Assembly: GCA_951406725.2 (NCBI GenBank)
Contig: OX597815.1
Location: 77,686,001 to 77,750,000, forward strand
DNA: 64,000 nt
Source of the DNA: Octopus vulgaris
Taxonomy: Eukaryota
Reading direction: 5' to 3'
The notes beneath the pieces were generated by a model that ran no database searches, was not told the DNA's origin, and was given only the letters and a program-made list of their open reading frames with translations. Of the stretch, positions 52,791 through 64,000 are shown piece by piece (positions within the stretch are counted from its first letter, which is position 1; the number at the start of each line of letters is the position of its first letter). The position numbers and the translations under genes were made by a program.

Positions 52791-54109
52791 AGTATTTTAT
52801 AGAAATTAATGTTGTATACTCATATGATTCATGTGCCTGTGAGCAAACAAGCGATCCTCTTTGTTGTTGCTCAGCCTGTTAGAAATAGCAGTTAAATCTC
52901 TCTCAAACCACACCCTGCTTTTTTTAAGATTGACACATTGCATATGGTCGTTTTGAATACACTATATTTAAACAAAAGGCTAGATGGCTAGTATTTTTGA
53001 TATGTCTGTTTGATCAAAGACCAGAGCTGACCTGAGGCTAAACAGCAACAGGTTATGGGATTATAATAGTTTTAGTCAGCAGCACTGTGAGATGCTTATT
53101 TTTATAATGGTAGTAGTAGTTGTTGTTGTTGTTTAACCCTAGGTAGCTTGATCAAACATTATGATCAAAGATGTTCCAGGTTTGACATTTTATTTAGACA
53201 TAGTGCATGTAGGGCCACATTATCCACTGTTTTGAATGTGATATGTGGGAGGTTTGGTTGCCATTTTAAGCAAGTTGATTGATCGCATATAGACTTCTTT
53301 GTTGGCTGATAATCATGGTTGTGATTGGGTTGGTGATATTGGCATAGAAAAGTAAGTAGATGGTGATGGTAGTGGTAGTATTAATTTAAACATCATACTT
53401 TTTGTATTGTTCGTATAGAATAAAATGAAATATCAAGAATAAAAGAATATTAGAAATCTCAAATAAGATTAATATATTCTTATTCTTAAAATCAATTATA
53501 GACTGAATATTCTCAAATTAAACTATACAAAATCAATTTAATAATGTTAGTGACATATGATTAAGTACATTTAATAAATACAAAATATATTTTTTAAGAG
53601 AAAAAGCATTATCAATTCTCTTATATAATTACTATAAAATGTTGAGCTAAAATTATATATCTTTCTTTCCCATGTACATACTCACATGTACACTATATAC
53701 ATTGTCTATATGTAAATATGTGTGTGTATGTGTATGTATATTTGTATGTGTTAGTGCATATATATATATATATTTATATTTTCTTTCACTGGTTCAGTCA
53801 TTGTACTGTGAGCATGCTGAACTACTAACACTAGCTTCTGGGCTTATAGTCAAAATATATCAATCTAACTACTTTGTGTGAACCTTATTTTAGTGATCCC
53901 TGTGTATCAAACTGTTAAATTCACCTACTGATTTAATCCCCTTTGAGATGTAAATCCTAAATGATATTCACATCGATTTACAGTAAATTTACATATGAGA
54001 CATACTCAATGTTAGTGATAAGACATTGGGCAACTAGAGGCTGTAGTAGAAGATGCTGATGAAGCAAATTTCTTAATCACACTGCTGTATCTGTGCTAGG
54101 TACCTGGCA

Positions 54110-54820
54110 CAGATGCAAGCATGGCTATGTGGTGGTTAACAACTTAAATTCCCCAACTGTATAACAGGGTTCATTATCTCTAAACGGCCCTGTGGGCAAG
54201 TATTTTTGGCTATATCTCTAGGCTGGCTGTAACCTTGTGAATGGATTTAGTAGAGAGAAAATGAAAGATGCTCATCATGTGTGCATACACATACACACAC
54301 TACCATCATCATCATCGTCATGCTGGCATGGACTAGCAAGCCAGAAGACTGCACCCAGTTTCACTGTTTTGGCATAGTTTTTATGGTTGGATGTCCATCC
54401 TAATGCCAATCACTTTATAGATTCGACTGAGTGTTTTTCATTTGGCACCAGCACAGGCAAGGTCTGTTTTGGAATAATTTTTTTACAGCTGGATACCCTT
54501 CCTTATGCCAACCACTTTACAGAGTTGACTGGGTGCTTTTCACATGATACCAGCCCTAGTGAGGTCTGTTTTGACATGGTTTTTACAGCTGGATGCCCTT
54601 CTTAATGCCAACTATTTTATTCACATACATATCACTGTCAGCATCGTTTAATGTCTATTTTCCATGCTGGCATGTGTTGGATGGTTTGGCAGGAGCCGGT
54701 GAGTCAGAAAATTGCACCAAGCTCTATAGTCTGCTTTAGTATGGTGTCTGTGATTGGATACTGTTCCTAATGCCAACTACTTTACAGAGTGTACTGGGTG
54801 CTTTTTACATGGCCATTGCT
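54110..54820. mobile_element. Family A head followed by tandem family B pieces (minus)
   Basis: GGAT(G/A)CCCTTCC..ATGCCAACCACTTTACAGAG-like motif four times. Confidence 0.8.
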
Positions 54821-55595
54821 ACTCATATTTTCTCACATTGTTCAGTCATTAAGGTAACAAAAGGGATGTTTCACCTGAACAATCATTATACATAGCATGA
54901 AACTCTGAGTAGCCAAACAATGCAGTAATCGACTCATCAGCTATTTTCAAATAAATTCAAATTCTACCACCTACATTGAATACTCACTCTCTCTCTCTCT
55001 CATTTATAATCCTGTATAAAGATATTAAAAGCTATAAAGTTTATAAAACATGCTTTTATTTAAAAAATACTTATTCAGAATACGTAACATAGTCTTGTAT
55101 TTGTTTTAAGCTGTTTGTTACAAGATGAGTATTTTTTTTTTATCTTCTACAACCACAGTTTCTTTTTGAGCTCAGCTCGCATGTTCTTACACATTCTCTT
55201 TCTCTTCTTCTCTCCTTCTTTGTCTTCTCTTCCTCTTCCATTATCTAATTTAAAGAAGTGTAAAGAAAACATTATCTTCTTACCCCACTTTCCCTGCTTC
55301 CCATTTTAGGGGAGTATAAAACAAGTATTATCTGTTTATTATTAAAGCAACATTATCTACATGACTCATATGACACTAGCTTGAATATACACACACACAG
55401 TAATATTGGGCCAGTTATTCTTGCATTCAGAATTATGTTTGGGAACACATACACACACATGTGCACACACAGGTTTTGTATGCTCAAGTCAACAAGTGTG
55501 CCTCAATGTAGTCATTCATTTTGGTTAAAATAGCAACCAAATTTCCCTCAAATAGAGAACATCGATTGTTAAGTGATGGAAGTGGGGGGACCATA

Positions 55596-55639
<44 letters not shown>

Positions 55640-56964
55640 TATTATTATATACGACTGGCTTCTACACAGTTTTCATCTACAAAATTCTCTCACAGGGCAT
55701 TGATCAATCCAGAGCTATAGTAGAAGATACTTGACCAAGGTGCCAAACAATTGAACTGAACCCAAAACCATATGGTTCCAAAGTGAGTTTCTTAACCACA
55801 CAAGCATACCTGCACCAGGATTATTAAGAGATTTGTCACTGATAGACAGGTTTCTGGTTTCTTATGATTGATTCATTGTAGAGTTTTCAGTAGTTTAAAT
55901 CAATTTAGTAAAATAAACTTGGAGAAGGAGAAAAGCTGATTTATGTTTTAAAGAATATCTCCTTATGATGGAATCTCTAATCTCTACATGTTTCTTTGAC
56001 TTGGTAGAAATAGCAGCCAAATCTCTCTCAAATCCCATACCCTTATATCAAAAAGAGAAAGAATACATTAAATTATATGCAAAATCTTTGGCTTCAATCA
56101 TTGGATATGAATGTGTTAATGAATACACACGGATGCAGGGGACAACAGGATGTTTTCTTCCTCTTTGTGCTATGCATACTAGTGTCAGTTACCATGGATT
56201 GTCATCTCTTACTGTTCTATACACAACTTAAAAAGTTATTAAATTAGTTTTCCAGTGGTCTCCATTCTCTTAAAGACTTCAGTATTGGTTACTGTATCAG
56301 TATAGGATATCTTGATATTTATTAAAGTATTGACATCTCTATTGCATTGATTTTACAAGTCATTATTACAAATCAATTAATGTGAGTTGAAAATGACCTG
56401 GTGGAAATTATGTCAAGGCTCGGCTGAGATAGAAGTTGACGGCTATCAAGAGAGAATAAAATGTGAGCAAAATAATACCTGACACATAGTTGCTACTGGA
56501 ATAAAAATTACAAGACAGAGACTGGCTTGCATGGCATTGACAATTTAGTAGAGAAAAAGAGAGAGCAGAATGGATTTCCATGTGACTTTTTAGAAAAATT
56601 TGGTTCCCCAAACTACTAGTCTCTGATGGGTTAAAACAACACACATGACAAGGGTGAACTAAAATGTTGACTGTTCAAAATGGCATCATAGTCTCACTAC
56701 ACACACATATATATATAAATAGCATGCTTTTATATTAGTAATTACTTATATCTGTATAGTATTTAACTCTTTATTGCCTCTAGGTGAAACTTATATATCT
56801 AATGTCATATTCACTACTTTGTTTTTCTAACTGGAGAGTAGGGCTTCGGTTTGACTGGTGTTTTGTAGAACAACAATTAATTCTCTTCTTCCTTTCAATC
56901 CTTTGTTTTTAACAAATAATCAATGAAACTAGCAAAGAAAAAAATATTGATTTCTTGTATGTGT

Positions 56965-57330
56965 ACAAAGCTTTAGATTTTGGAGGGCAAAATTAGATTA
57001 GATCAATCCTAGTTCGTGGCCTATAATATTTTATCAGCTCCTGTACCTAACTAATACATATTTTATCAACCCTATTACATAGCTCACACTATTTTATCAG
57101 CCTCAATATGTGGCCTATACTATTTTATCAACCCCAATACTTGATTGGTACATATTTTATCAAACTAAGTACTCAGTAGTGTTTATTTTACCAAATCCAG
57201 TTCATGACTTGTACTTAACCCCAGAGAGGTGAATGTCAAGTGTGGACTCAGTGCAGTTTGAACTTAGGTTGTAAAGGAAGGCAGCTAAATACCACAAGAT
57301 TTTTGGCCAATACTCTGCCAATTTTACCAA
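56965..57330 (-). mobile_element. Family C SINE with internal 31-bp tandem expansion
   Basis: TATTTTA(T/C)CA at 57027, 57059, 57090, 57121, 57153 and 57184. Confidence 0.7.
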
Positions 57331-57343
57331 AGAAATAAATATT

Positions 57344-57869
57344 GGCTAAATTCTGGTTTAAGAACCCCATATAACCCCTCATCAGCTTTTTTTTTTTTAT
57401 GGAATTTTCAGAAATTTTTGTGAATTTGTGTTCTACACACAGGAATTCATACGGTTATGCAAAGGAAATTTCTTTGTTAACCCCCTGCCCCAACAAATCT
57501 TAAAATTTCCACTGTTTTTCCAATTCAACTTTTGAATCAAAGTTTAAAATGTAGACAGTCCTAATTTTTACTTTAAATTCCAGCAGTGGACCACCCTGGG
57601 TTGTATCATCATTCCATTAAATGTGTTAATGGGGAGAAAAATATTGAAAAACATCAATACATGTCAGAGTGACAAGGAAACAAGGGCAATATCAGATGGT
57701 CGTGGGATGTGCTAAAAACAACAGCTAGATCGACCTTAAATCACACCCATTTTATTGCCTAATTGTATGAATCCCTGTGTATAGAACATAAATTGGAAAA
57801 AATTTCTGAAAATTCCAAAAAATGAAGAAGTTACGAGGGGTTATATGGGGACTTAAACCAAAATTCTGC
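57344..57869. mobile_element. MITE with ~115-bp terminal inverted repeats
   Basis: TGGTTTAAGAACCCCATATAACCCCTC...GGAATTTTCAGAAATTTTT mirrored by AAAAATTTCTGAAAATTCC...GAGGGGTTATATGGGGACTTAAACCA. Confidence 0.88.
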
Positions 57870-58264
57870 TGAAATACTAAGTAAAAAGTTTGAAAAACAT
57901 GCTGTGAATATTCAATATTTTCCGTAGAATTATATTTCTAGAGAAAAATGACTGCCAATATTAGCTTCCTTCCAACCACATTTCATATCCTTATTATCTA
58001 CTTGATTAGTTACTCTCCTAATTTTTCACTCATTTACGCATAATAAATTACTAATGACCTTAAAAAAGGCATGACCATTTCACAATATTTCCCTTCCTTG
58101 ATAAATCTGAGGCCTTGCAGCTATGTAAAATGTAATTTTGTTTTTGTCTGCTTTCATCATTGTTTTTTCTTAGTTCTATTTTACTTTTAATGTATGAGTG
58201 TGTATGAGTAAAAATGTATATCAGTATTTGTACCTATGTATATTTGTGTGTGTGTGTATAACAT

Positions 58265-58525
58265 CATAGTCATCATCACTGTTTAACATGTTTTCCATAC
58301 TGGCATGGGTTGGATGGTTTGAGAGAAACTGGCAAGGCCAGGAGCTGCACCGGGTTCCATTGTCTGTTTTGACATGGTTTCTACAGCTGGATGTCTTTCC
58401 TCATGCCAACCACTTTACAGAGTGTACTGGATGCTTTTTACTTGGTACCACCACCAATGCTTTTTATGTGGCACCGGCACTGACAGTCACCAAGTACCTT
58501 ACAAGACAAAACATACCTCAACTGG

Positions 58526-58577
<52 letters not shown>

Positions 58578-59048
58578 TGGGCAGATATACTTGTCTAGCA
58601 AGTGAATTGTTTTGAGACTGAGTGATGAAATTAAGACAATTGCAGCATGGAAAATACATATCAGCCATTCAAAAACACACTAAAAAACCCCTCTTAAACT
58701 TCATTTTATTGTTTATTACTTCATGAAAAAATTTCTAATGTATTAATTGTAACCTGGTCACTGACACAGTTCCACTGCAACTCAGTGAAGTTAAGTATTT
58801 TTGTATGGCTAGTATGTGTCTTTTATACTATAATTGCTCTTTCTCTTGCCAGCCTTGTCTGGCACCTGTGCCGGTAGCACGTAAAAAGCACCCACTACAC
58901 TCATGGAGTGGTTGGCGTTAGAAAGGGCATCCAGCTGTAGAAACACTGCCAGATCAGACTGGGCCTGGTGCAGCCTCCTGACTTCCCAGACCCCAGTTGA
59001 ACTGTCCAACCCATGCTAGCATGGAAAGCGGACGTTAAGCGATGCTGA
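58265..59048. mobile_element. Inverted pair of family B SINEs (58265-58520 minus, 58845-59048 plus)
   Basis: CTACAGCTGGATG motif versus CATCCAGCTGTAG motif. Confidence 0.88.
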
Positions 59049-59265
59049 TATATATATATATAATATGTGTAGCTTATTAGCAATTTAACAACCTAAAGGC
59101 AAATTTATAGACGTCACTAAGGTGGCAAAGGGTACTAAGTAGTATCACCACTGCTAGAAATAAGAGTCAAAGCTCCATTGTCAAATTACTGATAAGCCAC
59201 CCATATTATTTGCAGTTTTCACTCTTACTGTTTTTTAAATCAATGCATGAGTTCAACGGTTTTCT

Positions 59266-59597
59266 TATAAGCTGACAAGGTGAGTTGAGTTTAACCCTAG
59301 GTGTGGTAAGAACCACTGATGAGAATTAAGATGTTCTGCATCAAAATTTGAGATCAACAGTGATCTGGCTTTGCCCACTGGGGTGCTTGTCTCCCCTTGT
59401 CAGTCATTAAGATAGTGCTTCTGTGACGTTTTGATTCTTATTTCTAGCAATGCTGGTACTATAAACTGACAAGGTGAGCTGAGTTTAACCCTAGGTGTGG
59501 TAAGAGCCACTGATGAGAAGATGCTTTGCATCAAAATTCAGAATCACCAGTGATCTGGCTGTCTGCTGGGGTGCTTGTCTCCCCTTGTCAGTCATTA

Positions 59598-59601
<4 letters not shown>
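59266..59601. repeat. Two tandem self-complementary units, period 194 bp
   Basis: CTGACAAGG at 59272 and 59466; each unit ends CCTTGTCAG. Confidence 0.9.
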
Positions 59602-59632
<31 letters not shown>

Positions 59633-59664
59633 CATGCATACCTACCTGTCTACATACGTATATA

Positions 59665-60760
59665 GATACTGACATCAGCTGAAAAGCTACATAGAAATAG
59701 TGATATCGAAAGGCTCTACCAAAGAAGTGATAAACGAAGCAGATGCTTGGGATCAGTGTAGGTAGCCTTCAGATGTCATATAGTCTCTCTCAGACAGCAC
59801 TTGCTAAACAACATCAGCAAAAATAAATACATTAACTTAGTGCTGAAAAGTGAAGAGAACAATATCCTATGTGAGGGCAGTGACTCTTTCAGGAAGTACT
59901 GTCTTTTTGATGACCTCCCAAACAACCCCAAAACAGCTGGACTAACATATCTCAATAAAGATCTGGAAGTGAAATGCTAAGCTTGTCAAAAAAAGAACTA
60001 TGTATGGGTATGTTACCTGAAAGACTTGCAAAAGTTAGCAATATCAACATAAAATGAAGTTTCTTTTGAGCTTGTGACTGCTACATCACTTCACACTTGG
60101 AAGGTTATGCATTTGCAATCCAAGGAGATTGCTACTAAATGCCTAATCGACAAAAACTGTAACCCTTGGAGTTCCGAGATGCAGTCATAAGTGCAGATTA
60201 CATCATATTTCTGTGGAAGACATCACACATGTGATTACCAGCTGCCCAAAAATGTTATCAAAATACTACCTCTCTAAAAACAATATACAATGCCATTCGG
60301 AAAAAAGATTGTCCTGAAATAAATATAGAGCACCCCTTTGTTACTGAATACATACACAAATATTAGCACAAGGAATACTGGTGGGACATTTCCCTCAAAA
60401 CATCTGTCAAGTGTTAATGTTATAGGCCAGATATTGTTGTTTGGGGCATACAAAACAAAGTATGTATTGTCATAGAGGTCAGCTGTCCTGCTGATGTAGA
60501 TATCTCTGAAAATCATAGAGAGTAACTACAGACAACTACTTTGAAACCTCCAGCTTCTATATCCAAATTATAAATTCATATTTATACAAATAATTATTGG
60601 TGCACTTGGTTTTGTGAAAAGATACTTAAGTCACAATCTGGATAAGCTAGTGTTTTTGTAAAAAGTAATCAATCAACTAATTTGCACATTACAAATACAA
60701 TCTGTAAGTGGAATATTAAAAATATGCAAGATTTTTCTCAAGTTTAAAATGTGACATTCT
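59665..60760 (+). mobile_element. R4/Dong-like RLE non-LTR retrotransposon 3' fragment
   Basis: LHRNSDIERLY; EGYAFAIQ..IAT; KCRL...VEDITHVITSCPKM zinc knuckle; EYWWD...RPDIVVW...VIEVSCP (PD..E nuclease); IIIGALG. Confidence 0.88.
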
Positions 60761-60829
60761 TTTTGTTATTTACTTCATAATGATGAAGTTTTGTATCTTT
60801 GTTAGAAACCAGCTCCTTCCCCAGAGGAA

Positions 60830-61158
60830 GAATTTAGTTGAAAAACTTGACCCCAGAACTTATTCCTTGCAAGCCTGGTACTTATTCCATTATTCTCTTT
60901 TGCTGAACTGTTAAGTTATGGGGGCATAAACACACCAACATCAGTTGTCAAGCAATGGTGGTAATGGGGGAACAAACACTGACACAAAAACACGCGAATA
61001 AATACACCCCACCCACACACACACAACATGCTTCTTTCAGTTTCTGCTTACCAAATCTACTCACAAGGTTTCAATCAGCCCAAAGCTATAGTAAAAGGCA
61101 CTTGCTCAAGGTTCCATGCAGTGGTACTGAACCCAGAACTATGTGGCTGAGAAGCAAG

Positions 61159-61160
<2 letters not shown>
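60830..61160 (-). mobile_element. SINE family A
   Basis: GCTATAGTAAAAGGCACTTGCTCAAGG...ACTGAACCCAGAAC, reverse of the head and body. Confidence 0.85.
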
Positions 61161-61221
<61 letters not shown>

Positions 61222-61316
61222 GAAGTTGTAATCCTGTATGTTTTGTACAGTGATACATTAAGGAGCTTTTTTTATGAGTGGTATCAAATTAATTGAATTC
61301 ATATATTGTGACTTAA

Positions 61317-61361
<45 letters not shown>

Positions 61362-61628
61362 CATATGCATATTTGTATGTATATGTATATAAATGTACTA
61401 TTGATATGTGTCTGTTATGTTGTCGAAATATTATGCAAGTCCTTGTATGCTAAGCCTCAATATAATGTAACTTGTTAAAAGAGAGCTTACTGCTAATTAT
61501 AACAATAGGTAGCCTCATTTCTCAATCTGAACTTCTTTATATAATTCCTATCTAAAGTGATATTCACAACAGATACACACACATACATGGATGTATATAC
61601 ACACTCACATTTATATATATGTATGTAA

Positions 61629-61685
<57 letters not shown>

Positions 61686-61715
61686 CTCACACATATACAT
61701 ATACTAGTCCATGTA

Positions 61716-61764
<49 letters not shown>

Positions 61765-62277
61765 ACATATGTTACACACACACACACACTTGTATGTAAA
61801 TATATATGTGTGTACATATTTATATATATATGTATGTATGTATGCATTTAGATAAGTGATTCTTACAGGATTAGTTCAGTTTCATTCCTAGAGAATTCAT
61901 CAGAGAGTAAAATAGCTATGATGAATCTTCACTTCTGTGTGTGTGTGTGTGGGGGGGGGGGGCGTGTCTATACATGTATGTGTTTATGTTGAAGTGGGTT
62001 TGAACAAGGTCACTTGATTGGTATTGTTGGGTGTGGTCAGTATGTTGGTGAAAAGCATAATTCAGTGGTAAAGTGGCTTTAATAATTCCTCGTTGGGAAG
62101 TAGGAAAAATAATTAGGTGAGGATCTGAAGGAGAGGTAGAGGGGTTCAATTAAAGCAGTTTAATGAATTACATAAAGGAGAGATGTAGGATGCTGTAAAT
62201 AAAAATTAAATGAAAATATACTAAGTAAATATATTTTTGAATTTATAAGTAAATAAATTATGTGTGTGTGTGTGTGT

Positions 62278-62493
62278 ATTGTTTATTTGTATATTAAGGC
62301 TACCAGTGGTTTCAAGTTAAGAAAGATATCTTAATATCGTAACGATTTTCCAAACTGATCACATGAAGGGATGGTGTTTGTCTCCATAGAGTACACCATC
62401 CTTCCATGTGATTAGTTTGAAAAATTGTTAAGATATTTAGGTATTTTTCTTAATATGAAACCAATGGTAGCCTTAATACACAAATAAAGCAAT
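62278..62493. repeat. ~215-bp fold-back with ~96-bp arms
   Basis: TATTAAGGCTACCAGTGGTTTCA...GGATGGTGT / ACACCATCC...TGAAACCAATGGTAGCCTTAATA. Confidence 0.93.
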
Positions 62494-62569
62494 TTTATCC
62501 ACTAATGCAATGTTGAGCACTCGTTCTCATTGTTCAGTACCTACACATATATGTATATATATATATATA

Positions 62570-62800
62570 TCATCATCATTTAATGTCTGTTTTCCATACA
62601 GCCATGGGTTGGATGGTTCAACTGGAGCTGGTATGACCAGGAGCTGCACCAGGTGCTGTTGACTGTTCTGACTTGGTTTCTACGGCTGGATACCCTTTCT
62701 AACACCAACCACTCCACAGAATGTCCTGGCTGCTTCTTATGTGGCACCAGCACAGGTGCTTTTAATGTGCCATGAGCTTGAGTGCTTTTTATCTGACACC
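62570..62800 (-). mobile_element. SINE family B
   Basis: CATCATTTAATGTCTGTTTTCCAT..CATGGGTTGGATGG; GCTGGATACCCTT. Confidence 0.85.
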
Positions 62801-62965
62801 GTCTTCGATATCAATTCTGACGGGTCTTCACATATTGAGGGACTGTTACAGATTTGTTGATGTTATTTTTGTTGGCCAGTCCAAGATTAGTCTCAGATAT
62901 GTGATATAAGACCTTCCAGTCATGGCAATCCAACCTTTCTTCTTTTGACGATATTGTGTCTAGAA

Positions 62966-63720
62966 CAGTGGTTCTCAGCCTTTTTCAAAATTTTTGCTTC
63001 ACAGTCCCCTGGCTATTTTTTGGAGGCCTCGCAGTCCCCAGCCTATTTTGGCAGGAATAAGATTAATCAAATGCAAAATTTTCACGATTATATTACTATT
63101 AGCTTTGAGTAGTTGAATGCACAAAATGCCATTAAATATAAATGTTAGATGTAAGCATAAAATAACAATAATGACACCAGATGTTGGCAAAATGATATGA
63201 AGAAATTTACATTTTGTTTCTTTTTAGGCTATGAAGTAGGGCAACAGTTAACTATACCAAGCTTTAATTATTCATTAGTAATTTATGCTTTCAAACCCAT
63301 TTTTACAAATACTATGTGTGGTGGCAAGTAAGGTCGGCATTGATGTAGCATTTAATTCTTTGTTTATTTTCTCCAATTCTTTCCTTGATTTGCATATATA
63401 CTTGCCGAAAACCAATAGAAGACAGGATATTTTTTGATAGATGTATTAAAGAAAAATCATTAAACCTGTTCAAAAGAAGGATTAATGTAACTGCTGTATT
63501 TGATTTAGCTTTACCAACTCGTCTATATTTGGCTGGGTTCTGGATGAAGCAACCCTCATATCGTGTGTAACATCCAGTCTGTTTTGTTGTTTGCTTTTTA
63601 TCAATTGAATAACCGAAAACGCCAACTCGCACTCATAGGTGGTTGTGAAGGGAACCAGATATTTCAGTGCCACCTCTGAAATATCAGGATAGAGCATATC
63701 AGAGAATCAGCTTTTGTCTG
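62966..63720 (-). mobile_element. hAT Buster/Charlie-type transposon 3' end
   Basis: ORF 63482-63697 YPDISEVALKYLVPFTTTYECELAFS..KSKQQNRLDVTHDMRVA (hATC dimerisation domain); terminus CAGTGGTTCTCA at 62966. Confidence 0.92.
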
Positions 63721-64000
63721 GAAAAAATCCTCCTTTTTGTCAACAAAGCCAGGGTGTTTTCTTTCCAAGTGTCACTTTAACTTGCTAGGTTTGAGAGAAG
63801 ATGCCAAAAAACACATAACATCTCTCCTCTCCATTTGAAATTATAACAGTAAAGCCAAATTTCAAAAAGGATATGCTGTATTTCATTTTCTTTCTTGGAT
63901 TCATTCTAAAAAACAGAAATTTACATAGTATCAACTGTGCAAGTAATGGTAATTGATAAATTACATCTTCACATTTGATTTGGTAAAATTATTCAACTTG

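Overview
AT-rich, strongly CpG-depleted, microsatellite-dense animal DNA. Its repeat families (tRNA-headed SINEs, RTE-tailed SINEs, Nin-domain SINEs) match what I recall for Octopus/coleoid cephalopods; the taxon is an inference. I find no intact protein-coding gene, so this reads as a large intron or intergenic stretch. It holds dozens of SINE copies and decayed RTE, CR1-like, R4/Dong-like and Penelope retroelements. It also holds two mariner and maT-type transposon relics, hAT and piggyBac-like MITEs, an LTR-like insert and several minisatellites. The most interesting signal is a set of unrelated small elements carrying minimal hammerhead-ribozyme-like motifs and long fold-back structures. 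These include a tRNA-headed SINE whose hammerhead is split by a 1.1-kb insert, a tandem 194-bp rod-like unit, and a G.U-rich 102-nt hairpin overlapping a hammerhead core. There are also a few candidate short exons, one inside a CpG-retaining patch. All alignments, translations and folds were done by eye, and boundaries are approximate unless a TSD or TIR fixes them.
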